In this document: positions 36,520 to 49,831 of the stretch, in pieces | Numbering within the stretch: the stretch's first letter is position 1 | Layout: each line of letters opens with the position of its first letter | Source: Octopus bimaculoides | Taxonomy: Eukaryota | Assembly: GCF_001194135.2 (NCBI RefSeq) | Contig: NC_068984.1 | Coordinates: forward strand, 7,217,382 to 7,281,381 | Direction of reading: 5' to 3' | Length of the DNA: 64,000 bases | Notes under the pieces: model-generated | Told to the model about the DNA's origin: nothing | The model's database searches: none | Seen by the model: the letters and a program-made list of their open reading frames with translations, nothing else | Made by a program: the position numbers and the translations under genes

Positions 36520-36755
36520 ACTTTCATCTGTTACAATCATTAGGCTCGGCCATGCCGGAGCACCTCATTGAAGGATCTTAGTCGAACGAATGGAGCCCAG
36601 TACATTTTCTTTTTCTTTAGAGTTTGGTACCTCTTCTATCAGTCTCTCTTTTATCGAACAGCTAAGCTGCAGGGATTTAAACACACCAACACCGGTTGTC
36701 GAGCGGTGATGGGGGACAAACACAGACAAAAGGCACACACGAACACACACAAACA

Positions 36756-36797
<42 letters not shown>

Positions 36798-37188
36798 TAC
36801 ACATAACATATACGACGGGTTTCTTTCAGTTTCCATTTACCAGTTGTTGACTGAGATGTACCCAGGTATTGTCAACTTATCTGATATTCCTTGAAGAAGT
36901 TTGTCCAGGTTTCGTTTAAAGGTGATGGGATCTTTTTCTACTTTGATTTCATGTAGGATATTGTAAATAGAACAGGGCCTGTTTCAAAAAGAAATTGTCT
37001 TGCAGTGAATTTGTGTTGTGATCCTGTAGAGGGCGAATGACATGAGGCTCCAGTCTTGGATAAATTCTGAATCGGATGTTAAGGTTGTCTTCGTGCTATA
37101 GAAGAAGGCGGTTGCCCAAGGCGCTATGTAGTGGGATTGAACCCGGAACCATGTTACTGGGAAAAAAACTTCTTTCCACGTAGCCACG
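36520..37188 (-). mobile_element. SINE family B interrupted by an inverted LINE fragment
   Basis: SINE sequence runs to ...TTCTTTCAGTTTCCATTTACCA (36842) and resumes at GCTATAGAAGAAG...GCCCAAGG...TAGCCACG (37095-37188). Confidence 0.85.
36843..37086 (-). mobile_element. CR1/L2-group LINE 3' fragment, inverted copy of about 38085-38338
   Basis: The reverse complement encodes NILHEIKVEKDPITFKRNLDKLLQGISDKLTIPGYISVNN and is roughly 90% identical by eye to the copy near 38.1-38.3 kb. Confidence 0.85.
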
Positions 37189-37266
37189 CTTTATCATTTC
37201 TAAATAATAATTAGTTGGATCGGAATTTTTAAGTTTGATACCAAAAAGTAAATGTTTAAGTGAAGG

Positions 37267-37298
<32 letters not shown>

Positions 37299-37830
37299 TG
37301 TTATTATTATTAGTATGTTCTGACCAACTTATATGTGTCGTCTGTGCTGTAATTCGTTCAGCATCACCAGAGTCTCGTATCAAATCACTTGCCGGACGGG
37401 TACATCTCTTCAACTCAGGAAGAGCATTGTTGTTATCGAGTAGATCTATGATTAAAAGTATTCCACCCATGACCAACATCATTAATTTTATAAGGCATAA
37501 TATATCCCTGACAATATCAAACGCGTCTTTTATTTGCATGGCGAGTCGAGGAAGATTTTATTGCTATTTCTAGCAAATCGAGCGACCACGTGAACAATTC
37601 CTTATACATCTCATTTTCTTGCTGCTAATCAATAGATGCTAATGTGTGATTAAACACTACTCACACTTAATTCACAGTTAACTATATTACTGTGGTTAAT
37701 TACTTTGGTTTAAAATGCGGTTTTGCTGAAATCGTGTCTTCTCTAAAAAACTGTATTGTTGTCGATGTATTACTAACAATGTTCTTATCAATTGCCATGA
37801 ATAATTACATAGCCTATAGCAATTTTTATC

Positions 37831-37897
<67 letters not shown>

Positions 37898-37969
37898 GTT
37901 ATTATTATTTTGCTGATAGCGAATATTACGCTGCTTGTCAGTTTTGCTAATTATCTTGTCACCAAAATA

Positions 37970-38365
37970 ATTAGGCCCGAAAAGCCAAACCGCCTTAAGA
38001 TGTTGAAAGTTTATTCTCTCCAACGCCGCTGTGAGCGCTACATCATTTGTACAATGTGGAGAATATAGAACCAGCATTGCCCAAACGACCTTAAAATCCG
38101 ATTCAGAATTTATCCAAGACTGGGGCCACATGCCATTCGCCTCCTGCACAATCAGGATCACAGCACATAAATTCACTGCAACACAATTTCTTTTTGAAAC
38201 AGGCCCTGCTCTATTTACAATATCCTACACGAAATCAAAGAAAAAGATCCCATCACCTTTAAACGAAACATGGACAAACTTCTTCAAGGAATATCAGATA
38301 AGCTGGCAATACCTGGGTACATCTCAGTCAACAACAACTCCCTGCTTGAACGGGCCGACGCCTGT
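37970..38365 (+). mobile_element. 5'-truncated CR1/L2-group LINE, ORF2 C-terminus
   Basis: RLKMLKVYSLQRRCERYIICTMWRI*...FRIYPRLGPHA; GPALF then a frameshift to NILHEIKEKDPITFKRNMDKLLQGISDK...NNNSLLE. These match the CR1/L2-type RL..L...SL.RRR.R and FK..LDK.L motifs. Confidence 0.85.
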
Positions 38366-38690
38366 CAGGTGACGTTATTTAGTTAGACATGGTCTGGGTC
38401 AATCTTTGGCCGAAACGTATTTAAGTTATCTAAGTTAACTTCCAGAGCTGTGAACTAGATTCGATATTTTCCAATGCATAGTTCAGTATATAAATGTTAG
38501 TCTTATCACCAACAGAGGTGAGATAAAGTAACTGCTATCAAAATATTCTAACCTATGTCTAGTCAGAATTACACTGCAACGATAAACTTTTGTCACTAAC
38601 TGAAATATATTTCCAAAGGAAACGGTTTGTTTAACATTGGAACTAGCCTTTTCTCAAACCTGAAAACAAATTCGAGGCGTAGTAATTTTT

Positions 38691-38723
<33 letters not shown>

Positions 38724-39729
38724 TTTTCGTTGTACACCATTACTAAAGAAAAGAAAGAAAAGATAACGAATCCACACGACTGGGAAATATTTATGGCACT
38801 GGGAAAAGTACTTTAACTGCTATTTCTAAAGTCGGTGCGTAGTGAAGCAATCAACTTACCTCTGATTATAATTATGCTTATAATTGTAGAANNNNNNNNN
38901 NNNNNNNNNNNNNNNNNNNNNNNNNNNNNNNNNNNNNNNNNNNNNNNNNNNNNNNNNNNNNNNNNNNNNNNNNNNNNNNNNNNNNNNNNNNNNNNNNNNN
39001 NNNNNNNNNNNNNNNNNNNNNNNNNNNNNNNNNNNNNNNNNNNNNNNNNNNNNNNNNNNNNNNNNNNNNNNNNNNNNNNNNNNNNNNNNNNNNNNNNNNN
39101 NNNNNNNNNNNNNNNNNNNNNNNNNNNNNNNNNNNNNNNNNNNNNNNNNNNNNNNNNNNNNNNNNNNNNNNNNNNNNNNNNNNNNNNNNNNNNNNNNNNN
39201 NNNNNNNNNNNNNNNNNNNNNNNNNNNNNNNNNNNNNNNNNNNNNNNNNNNNNNNNNNNNNNNNNNNNNNNNNNNNNNNNNNNNNNNNNNNNNNNNNNNN
39301 NNNNNNNNNNNNNNNNNNNNNNNNNNNNNNNNNNNNNNNNNNNNNNNNNNNNNNNNNNNNNNNNNNNNNNNNNNNNNNNNNNNNNNNNNNNNNNNNNNNN
39401 NNNNNNNNNNNNNNNNNNNNNNNNNNNNNNNNNNNNNNNNNNNNNNNNNNNNNNNNNNNNNNNNNNNNNNNNNNNNNNNNNNNNNNNNNNNNNNNNNNNN
39501 NNNNNNNNNNNNNNNNNNNNNNNNNNNNNNNNNNNNNNNNNNNNNNNNNNNNNNNNNNNNNNNNNNNNNNNNNNNNNNNNNNNNNNNNNNNNNNNNNNNN
39601 NNNNNNNNNNNNNNNNNNNNNNNNNNNNNNNNNNNNNNNNNNNNNNNNNNNNNNNNNNNNNNTGCTCAAAATAATTGAGCACTCAATATAAGTTCAGTTA
39701 TATATTCTTTTAGAATATTACTTATAAAA

Positions 39730-39805
<76 letters not shown>
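39730..39805. repeat. (TA)n-(TAGA)n microsatellite
   Basis: Read directly from the sequence. Confidence 0.95.
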
Positions 39806-39806
<1 letters not shown>

Positions 39807-40475
39807 CAAACGCGCTGATACTCTCAGACGAAAGAAAAATAGTGTAAACGTATTATCATATTATAATATTTATACACACACACACACACACATGCACACA
39901 CGCATATATATATATATATATATACTAAATATGAGGATATGAATATATATGTACATGTGAATGCACGAGTATGCATATATATACGTATACTCTTATATAC
40001 ATGTATGTATATATCTCAGGATCTTTTGTATGCGATGCTGTGCTGACTGGTCAACACGTCGACAGATGGCTCTACTCATCCCTCATCCCATCCGCTTTGT
40101 TCAACAACCGTCTCCGGTAATCACCAGACAGATCTATTCTTCAGCAGACCCTGCTCTCTTCGTTCACTTAATGTCCATCACTACGGAGACCAGTTACTAA
40201 ATATTTTGACTTCCCTTTTAGCATTGACCCCGTCCCAGTACAGAAGCACCAACCACTAACCTCTTCCACTTTACTGGCTGTGTTGCCTATTATAAATTTC
40301 ATTTATTCAACGTCTAACAGCAGCCAGAGCCTCGACTTTAAAGTTAGCAGTCCCGAGTCCTGAAGTCAGACGTTTTCAGTGGAGCGAGACTAAGACACTG
40401 AGTTACAACATATGTAAGCGAACTGAAGCAGGCGGGAGTCAACGAACGTTATCTACACCGCGAGTTGGGGACACG

Positions 40476-40520
<45 letters not shown>

Positions 40521-40617
40521 CGAGAAGGCACCTATACACATTGCGTAGTAAAACGATGTACACAGACGTATATGGTGCGCAGGATTTCATTAATTGTGTT
40601 TTCAGGGTTAGAAGAGT

Positions 40618-40693
40618 GGGCATGGCTTGACTGTGGCTCGAAGAGGTTCGCTTTACAGTTGCATTGTTTTGTTCCTAGTTCCACCGCGTGCCA
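40618..40693 (+). mobile_element. degraded SINE family B head
   Basis: GGCATGGCTTGACTGTGG...AAGAGGTTCGCTT...CTAGTTCCACCGCGTG. Confidence 0.5.
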
Positions 40694-41146
40694 TATGTGT
40701 GTGTGTGTGTGTGTGTACAAAAGAGGTTTCGAAATAGGTCGCACTTAAGCTACGATACACTNNNNNNNNNNNNNNNNNNNNNNNNNNNNNNNNNNNNNNN
40801 NNNNNNNNNNNNNNNNNNNNNNNNNNNNNNNNNNNNNNNNNNNNNNNNNNNNNNNNNNNNNNNNNNNNNNNNNNNNNNNNNNNNNNNNNNNNNNNNNNNN
40901 NNNNNNNNNNNNNNNNNNNNNNNNNNNNNNNNNNNNNNNNNNNNNNNNNNNNNNNNNNNNNNNNNNNNNNNNNNNNNNNNNNNNNNNNNNNNNNNNNNNN
41001 NNNNNNNNNNNNNNNNNNNNNNNNNNNNNNNNNNNNNNNNNNNNNNNNNNNNNNNNNNNNNNNNNNNNNNNNNNNNNNNNNNNNNNNNNNNNNNNNNNNN
41101 NNNNNNNNNNNNNNNNNNNNNNNNNNNNNNNNNNNNNNNNNNNNNN

Positions 41147-41187
<41 letters not shown>

Positions 41188-42467
41188 CACATACACACAC
41201 GTACGTACACATGCACACACACGCACGTACACACACACACACACAAACACACACACGCACATATACATACATATATATCGTATTGAGAGATTGAGAGAAA
41301 GAGAAAGTGAGAGAAAGAGAGAGATATACACACATACTTCTCATCAGTCTTTCTCTGTTATTCATAGTCGCTGATATTTCACTGCATGTTGTATTTTGAT
41401 CTGTGTTATCGTGCTAACCGAGGCCAAACACCCACTTTATATAAAGCCGGTTGCATAAAAACAAAACAAGTCAGGAAAATACAATTTAAATGGCAGCTAA
41501 CTGCTCTACAACAACACCTTCTGAAAGTTTTGCTCTGATTCGTTGTATTTTTGACACGTGAACTATGCTCTTTGTTACGTCTACTTGCTGTGTATTTCGG
41601 GATTCGAATATAGTTTTATTTATTATAAACGTTGATTCGAATATAGCTTTATTGGAATCCGTGTAAATAGCAGCTTTATGTACACACGTATATATTTCTA
41701 TAAACACGCGGTTTTATATATTTGTGGGTTTCATCCTATGCGTGTGTATGCGTCACGTGTACAGGTTCAAATTTAATGCGGATATGTTTGAACAGAAGGT
41801 CTAAAACACACTTAAAAACGTTGTCTGTAACAATCATGGCTGCCGTAATATTTTCGCTTAACATAACAGTTCTGAAAATTCAAGCACGTAATTACGATGA
41901 TACAGACAAATATAACCAACCCACATTTACGCACACACACTAATACAAGCACGCACACTCACACACAGAACATATACATGTGTATACAATATGTAGTTAA
42001 AAACAAATTAGAAAATTTCTAAGTGCTGCGTTCATTTATGAACGAGCGTGTCGCCTGCTGGATGTACACGCGTTTTGAAATAGTTCAATATGGTTATATA
42101 TAAAGCTATTGATAACCATTAGGTGAACGTACACGTTTATACAAATACACGCGCAATCTTTCACACGTAAATCTAACATTATCGATCTATTTGCTTGTGT
42201 GTGTGTGTGTGTAGAGGGAAGAAGTAATCTCACGCAGGAAAGAATATAGAATTTGTTTGGGGTTTCAAGATTTACCTGAATCTCAAAACGTGTGATTGCT
42301 TTTAAATCTTGTAATAGAAACTGATTTCGTATTTGACACGGGCCATTTCTCACGACACACACACACGAAACAGTCCTTCGTATGTATGCATGTATGTATG
42401 TATGCATGTATGTATGTCTATCTATCTATCTATCTATTTCTCCCCCTCTCTCTCTTTCTTTCTTTCT

Positions 42468-42502
<35 letters not shown>

Positions 42503-42629
42503 TATATATATATATAAAAAAACATTATTATTCATAAAAAATAATAACGATAGTGGCCGCAAGCATAAAAGTCGTATAGATAAAATTAATAAATATATAA
42601 ATATTAATTATNNNNNNNNNNNNNNNNNN

Positions 42630-42669
<40 letters not shown>

Positions 42670-43080
42670 GTATGTATGCATGCATGTATGCGTTTGTATG
42701 CGTGTGTTTGTATGTATGTATGTATGTATGCATGTATGTATGTATGCATGTATGTATGTATGCATGCATCTATGTATGCGTGTGTATGTGTGTGCACTAT
42801 CTACTTACACGTCCACCATCTTTCCAATCGAGCCCTTTAATCCAGTAGACTATTTCAAGAACTGCTCATCTGTCGATGTAACTCTAGCTGTAATGTCCGA
42901 CCGCACCGTTGCTCACACCAGCCATTTGCCGGTGAAACACACATAAAACTAACATAAACAAACATACAATGTTTGGGGGTTTTCTTTGTTAGTTTTGTTT
43001 GTTCTTTTTGGAAACCGCTGGTGACATCTTTTTTAGAAGCGTCACTGTTTTTTAATTTATTTTCCTCAGTTTTCCCTATC

Positions 43081-43124
<44 letters not shown>

Positions 43125-43753
43125 NNNNNNNNNNNNNNNNNNNNNNNNNNNNNNNNNNNNNNNNNATGTGTGTTTGGGTGTGTGTGTGTGTTAGGTTGAT
43201 CACCAGTTGCATTGTCAGGTCGCCGATAATCCAAACGGTTGCGCTCATCGGACTTCTTTGGCAGAGAGGTTTGACAGAAACCCGAAAGGAAACAACAGCA
43301 AAAGAAGTGTTGTATCTTTTTCGTAGAATAGCAATGACCGTAGAATTGCATAAATGAACGAGTGTGCCTCTATGTAGTTTCCCATCCAGCTAGAAATAAT
43401 AGCCAACTTTCTCACAAATGTCACCCAACATTCTTAGGGTTTCACTGGTTAATGTAACGTCTGAAAACAAAATAATGAAATGCTTTAAATCTAATATGAT
43501 AAAATTTTCTTTTTCAGTGAACACCGATACATTGGGGTCCCTACGTATCGCAGGGCAGTTGTTGTCGTCTGACAATTATTGTTCTGCCATAAGTTTTATT
43601 ATAAAGGCTGCGAGCTGGCAGTTTGTTTGATACAAAGGAATTTATATCAGTTAATATATTTTCACTGCGAGAATGATTCGAAGGGTAAAACAATGAAACA
43701 GCTGTACAGAGTTTCATGTTGCATCGTGGAAATATTATTGGTTGATTTTAAGA

Positions 43754-44165
43754 AATGTTAGCACGCCGGGCGAAACACTTAGCGGCATTTCGCCTGTCTT
43801 TGTGTTCTGAGCTCAAATTCCGTTCAAAGGTCGACTTTGCCTTTCATCCTTTCGGGGTTTATGAATTAAATACCAGTTGCGTACTGGGGTCGATCTAATC
43901 GAGTGGTCCCCTCCCCAAAAATTTCGGGCCTTGTGTCTAGAGTAGAAGAGTAAAGGCGATGAGCTAGCAGAAACATTAGCACGCCGGGCGAAATGCTTAG
44001 CGGTATTTCGTCTGTCTTTACGTTCTGAGTTCAAATTCCGCCGAGGTCGACTTTGCCTTTTATCCTTTCGGGGTCGATAAATTAAATACCAGTTGCATAC
44101 TAGGATCGATCTAATCGACTAGCCCTCTCCCCAAAAATTTCGTGTCTTGTACCTAGAGTAGTAGA
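43754..44165 (+). mobile_element. head-to-tail pair of SINE family A
   Basis: Two copies of about 200 bp (43754-43950, 43955-44165). Each has TTAGCACGCCGGGCGAAA...GGTCGACTTTGCCTTT.ATCCTTTCGGGGT and ends TAGAGTAG(A/T)AGAG. Confidence 0.92.
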
Positions 44166-44269
44166 GTTATTTTTATCATAACCTCACTGGTAGGATGAAA
44201 GATTAAGAAAGCTTTTATCAACCTCCCAGCTGTATTTCGAACTCGCATTTCGAAATCGCAGCGAAAGTG

Positions 44270-44548
44270 TGTGACTTAGTGCATTGCAGCGGTGCATTGT
44301 GTCCTTGAGCAAGACACTTTATTTCACGTTGCTCCAGTTCACTCAGCTGGCAAAAATGAGTAGTACCTGTATTTCAAAGGGGCCAGCCTTGTCACATTCT
44401 GTGTCACGCTGAATCTCCCTGAGAACTACATTAAGAGTACGCGTTTCTGCGGAGTGCTCAGCCACATGCACACTAATTTCACGACGGAGCTGTTCGGTTG
44501 ATTGAATCAACTGGAGTCTTCGTCGTCGCAACCGACGGAGTGCCAGTA
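44270..44548 (+). mobile_element. SINE with family C core and family D tail
   Basis: GTGTCCTTGAGCAAGACACTTTATTTCACGTTGCTCCAGTTCACTCAGCTG followed by TTTCAAAGGGGCCAGCCTTGTCAC...ACCGACGGAGTGCCA. Confidence 0.85.
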
Positions 44549-44594
44549 TAAATCGTAACATATTGATAATGGTTTCTAATTTAGGCTCAAGTCC

Positions 44595-44772
44595 GCAATT
44601 TTGAGTGGAAGAGGATTAGGCGATTGCAAAACTGTCAGTCCTTGGCTGATGCATTTTCTTTCTTTTGACCCCGAAAGAATGAAGGCGAAATATGACCTCG
44701 GCGGGATTTGAACTCGGAATGTTAAGAGTCAGAATTTTTCCGACGTTCAAACGAAATGCTAGGTTTCCGCCT
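44595..44772 (-). mobile_element. degraded SINE family A
   Basis: GACCCCGAAAGAATGAAGGCGAAATATGACCTCGGCGGGATTTGAACTC. Confidence 0.75.
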
Positions 44773-45495
44773 TATGGAAGACTAATAACGGCCGTAGAAC
44801 AGTATAATTCAACAGGCGAACGTCTTTGTGATTGTTCAACCAGAGAGAAATAACTACTAACTCTCCCTCAAACGAAACAATCTGAGTGACCCATTGGTTT
44901 ATACAGTTCTAGATATGTGCTGTAACAGAAGAAGTTTTGACAATAGGGCGACGCGAACAAGAAAGGCTTGGAAGTAGACAAAAAGAATAGTGACATTAGC
45001 CAGGAGAATGTCACATTGAACTCAGTCTAGGGATACAGACGGAGAGAAAAGGAGGATGCATGGACGACGACAGAAGGGAGATGGATATAAAATAAGTGTG
45101 GATAAGAGATGTTTGTTTTATACGGAAATAAATGGCGTATCATACAGTAATTTATGACATTTGCAGTTACGAATAACATATTTGAGGCTAATATTTTTGA
45201 ATACTCATCATCATTGTTCGAGTGCTAAAGTTGTTTGTTAATATAACATGTGCAAAGAGAATTATATATATCCGTGAAATTCTAAACTGAACCGAAACGA
45301 ATTGAAACATTTGTTTAAAAACAGAAACCAAGATGGCTACTAAAATGAGATATATATAGGGAAATAGTGAAACTTTATCTCCGATTTTATTGTGGCTGAT
45401 CAGAAAAGAGAGTCATAAAAAGCAAAACGAATAAGGTCAGAGAGAGGGAAAGAGATAAGGAGGAAATCTGGGAGATAGATAGAGAGAGAGAGAGA

Positions 45496-45528
<33 letters not shown>

Positions 45529-45695
45529 TAAGTGAGAGTTGTGTTTACGTTGTACGCATGTATGCACCAGTTTTGTTGTGTACATTTAACGGAAAGATGC
45601 GCACTTTTGTAACAATCAAAATGAACAGAGCGGCATCGAGACAAACACGCGCGTAATCCTACGGTGTATATGTATATATATACATGCATACGTAT

Positions 45696-45754
<59 letters not shown>

Positions 45755-46317
45755 TACATGCATACAGTCATACACACATACGAACATGTGTGCTTGTTCA
45801 CGTATATGTGTATGCATAAATATGTTTGTGCTTGTATGTTTATATATATATATATATTACACAAACACATACACACACACATATTTATATACGATGAACA
45901 CACCAGTGTAAAACGAGATACGCCACCCTGTTAGTATTAATTAAAAAAATTGCAATATATTGGAAAGACCATCTGTGTATTTGATTCTGCTAACACCGCA
46001 TTTAAAATAACGACTTGCTCGATCAGTCTTCGGCTTCTTTCCAAACACACGTCCGACAAACGTTTCTCCACGCGCTCAACACACGATAGACACACGTTTT
46101 GCAGACGTTCACTTATTATGATTGTGTTGGCAATCCATATTTTTCTTACTATCTAATCAAATTAACGCCGTGCCGGTGAAACTGATATTCCGGTGGAGAA
46201 ACCAATGACCGCCATTGAAACTGTTAACAATGGATGTTGTTTTCTTGATCCAATGTTTGTCTCTTGTTTCCTTTTGTTCTCGGTATTTACTCTGGATTCG
46301 AGTAGTTTTCATGCCTG

Positions 46318-46410
<93 letters not shown>
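46318..46410. repeat. pure (CA)n of about 90 bp
   Basis: Read directly from the sequence. Confidence 0.97.
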
Positions 46411-46412
<2 letters not shown>

Positions 46413-46686
46413 AAACGCACTCACGCACGTACGCACGCACGTAGACACACATACATCCACACATACACATATACAAACATACTTATGCATGTCTATTTGT
46501 GTGTTCGATTGCATAAATGGACGCATAAACCATTATATACATACATACATACAAACATATATATATACATTATATACATATATACATACACTCGTATATA
46601 GATACATATATGTATATATACATATATATATGTGTGTATATACATATGTTTATATATATATATATGTAAATATATATATATATGAA

Positions 46687-46741
<55 letters not shown>

Positions 46742-47883
46742 ATATATANNNNNNNNNNNNNNNNNNNNNNNNNNNNNNNNNNNNNNNNNNNNNNNNNNNN
46801 NNNNNNNNNNNNNNNNNNNNNNNNNNNNNNNNNNNNNNNNNNNNNNNNNNNNNNNNNNNNNNNNNNNNNNNNNNNNNNNNNNNNNNNNNNNNNNNNNNNN
46901 NNNNNNNNNNNNNNNNNNNNNNNNNNNNNNNNNNNNNNNNNNNNNNNNNNNNNNNNNNNNNNNNNNNNNNNNNNNNNNNNNNNNNNNNNNNNNNNNNNNN
47001 NNNNNNNNNNNNNNNNNNNNNNNNNNNNNNNNNNNNNNNNNNNNNNNNNNNNNNNNNNNNNNNNNNNNNNNNNNNNNNNNNNNNNNNNNNNNNNNNNNNN
47101 NNNNNNNNNNNNNNNNNNNNNNNNNNNNNNNNNNNNNNNNNNNNNNNNNNNNNNNNNNNNNNNNNNNNNNNNNNNNNNNNNNNNNNNNNNNNNNNNNNNN
47201 NNNNNNNNNNNNNNNNNNNNNNNNNNNNNNNNNNNNNNNNNNNNNNNNNNNNNNNNNNNNNNNNNNNNNCCCATCCCCACCCACCCTTCTCACGTATACA
47301 TATTTATGCTTGTAAATTTTCGTATGTGGTATAATCATTTTGTTTCCTATATTTTTAAACGTATGTATTAAAGTGTATGTGTGTGGGTATCCATGTGTGT
47401 ATGTGTGTGTGTATACATCTGTTTTCTTCGGAGAACAGATGAAGCGAAAGGGCGTCTATATGTGTAGTGCATGTATGTGCACGCGAGAGTGTGCGTGTGT
47501 GTGATTTTGTGTGTGTATGTTTCCATCTACGTGTACGTGCATGTGCTTGAAACGTGTGTTCATGTGAGACCATTCGCGTGCCCGTGTAGGTGTTTGTACG
47601 AATGCATGAGGGAGCGTGCGCGTCGCAGTGCGAGTGCTTGTGCGCATGTGTGATCATTGAGCTCCGTTGGTAGTCTATGACTGTTGTCTCTTGTGGGTAA
47701 TGAACAGTTTGATGGGTGGAAATTATACAAAAGGATCTGTTTAGCCGAGCAAAATGGGAACGGTTATGTAGTTGAGATATAAATGGAAGAAAACGTTGGC
47801 ATTGCTCAAAGAAAAATTTTTAAAAAACAGACTACAATTCCGAATCCTTTTCTTTTTTGCTGGTTTATATTTTTTACTGTCTG

Positions 47884-47884
<1 letters not shown>

Positions 47885-47918
<34 letters not shown>

Positions 47919-48296
47919 GTCTCACACTCTCCCTCTTTCTCACTCTCTCCCTCTCTATTTCTCACCCACTCTTTCTGTCTCTCTTCTCTCTCTCTCCCTC
48001 GCTCTCCGTCGCCTTTTCTCTCTCTCTCCCTCTTTCTATTGCCTTGTGTCTGTCTGTCTCTGTCTTTCCCTCTCCTTCTCTCTAACTCTCTCTTACTTTA
48101 ATTCTTCGTCTCCCTCTCGCTCTCCCTCGCCCTCCAACACTCTCTTTCACTTTCTTCTTTTGTCTGTCTTTGTCTTTCTGTCCCTCTCTATCTCTCTCTA
48201 ACTCTCTCGCTCTCTAATTCTCCATCTCTCCCTCACTCTCCCTCACCCTCCCGCTCTCTCTCTCCCTCTCTCTATCGCCTTCCCTACCTGTCAATC

Positions 48297-48328
<32 letters not shown>

Positions 48329-48330
48329 CC
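47885..48330. repeat. CT-rich polypyrimidine low-complexity tract
   Basis: Degenerate (CT)n. Confidence 0.9.
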
Positions 48331-48697
48331 CGCAACCCCCATCTCCATCCACGAGACCCATCCTCACACAGACGTGTAACAAAATGGGCAAAAGAGAACC
48401 AAACACAGGACAGAAGGCCAATGTGTGTGTGTGTAGAGGTGGGAGGCGTAAGACTTGGGATAAGACCCCAAATAAAGGGCGAGAGAAAGATTAAGCGTTT
48501 CAAGCCAAACGTTTGCAACGCAATCACATTTTAAGCCGACGTTTTCATTCGTCGTTTGTCTAAGCTAATGCGCATGCGTCTGTTTGTCACTTAACATCTG
48601 TACTCTTACTCTCCCCTCTCCCTTGTTGCCCCTTTTCCTCCTTCATTCTGTTTAGTTACGTCAATATATTTAACAAGATATTTATATTTTGCTTTCA

Positions 48698-48857
48698 TCT
48701 TCTTCTTCTTCTTCTTCTTCTTCTTCTTCTTCTTCTTCTTCTTCTTCTTCTTCTTCTTCTTCTTCTTCTTCTTCTTCACCTTCTTCTTCTTCTTCTTCTT
48801 CTTCTTCTTCTTCTTCTTCTTCTTCTTCTTCTTCTTCTTCTTCTTCTTCTTCTTCTT
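48698..48857. repeat. (TTC)n of about 160 bp with one interruption
   Basis: Read directly from the sequence; interruption ACC near 48778. Confidence 0.97.
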
Positions 48858-48919
48858 TGTTGGCCGCCATAGTTCATCAAATGTTTCTTGTATTGTCATC
48901 TCTTTGGGGTTTTGCAAGT

Positions 48920-48940
48920 TTATTTATTTATTTGTTATTA

Positions 48941-48995
<55 letters not shown>

Positions 48996-49062
48996 GTTTA
49001 TTTATTTATTTGTTATTATTATTATTGTTATTATTATTATAATGATGTTTATTTATTTATTT

Positions 49063-49131
<69 letters not shown>
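48920..49131. repeat. (ATT)n arrays interspersed with (TTTA)n
   Basis: Three blocks of TTTATTTATTTGTT-(ATT)n. Confidence 0.92.
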
Positions 49132-49132
<1 letters not shown>

Positions 49133-49321
49133 TGTTGGCAGTGGCCATTGTTGTGACGGTGTTGGTTTATATTTACTCTTTCTGTTTTCCTACTGATTTT
49201 TACATTTAATATTTTATTCACTTTCTTTATGTGTTGTTATTGTTGTAGTTGTTGTTACTGCTACTGCTGCTACCACCGTTCTTATTGCCAAGGTTTAACC
49301 TTGCTTTTAATCATCACGATA

Positions 49322-49440
49322 TCGATAAAATAAAATAGCAGTCATGTACTGGGGGGATGGGGTCGATGTAACTGACTTGCCTCCTCCTTCTCCTCCCTTT
49401 AATATTGCTGGTCTTGTGCCGAAGTTTGAAAGTATCATTC
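49322..49440 (+). mobile_element. SINE family A 3' part
   Basis: CGATAAAATAAAATAGCAG...GGGGTCGATGTAACTGACTT...GGTCTTGTGCCGAAGTTTGAAA. Confidence 0.65.
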
Positions 49441-49831
49441 CTAGTGTTGATGTTTGTGTATGTATTCAAAACCGGGAAGATTCTCTATATTTATCTAAGG
49501 CAGTCATTTTGCCGAATATGTTTCGTATTTATGAATGCATTTCTGTAGGAGCAAGTTCCGGTCGTAGTACTCTTTTACTGGATTCTACTCCTTTCGTCTA
49601 CCCGTGGCTCTGGTTGTAGACATATGTGCCAAATTGGGTGTGGTCTGATCAAGCACGAAACCACCTGGTTTTGAAACGATCTCCTTATCAGTCATAAAGC
49701 CAGGCAGCCAGCCAGCCATGCAAGCGCTTATGCATTTGCTATCTTCTTCTTCTTCTTCTTCTTCTTCTTCTTCTTCTTCTTCTTCTTCTTCTTCTTGATC
49801 TTATAAATTTAATACAATTTATTAATATAAT

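Noticed and set aside
37300-37480. Possible third LINE 3' tail ending in (TAA)n on the minus strand
   Set aside because: No recognisable protein motif and no second copy in the window.
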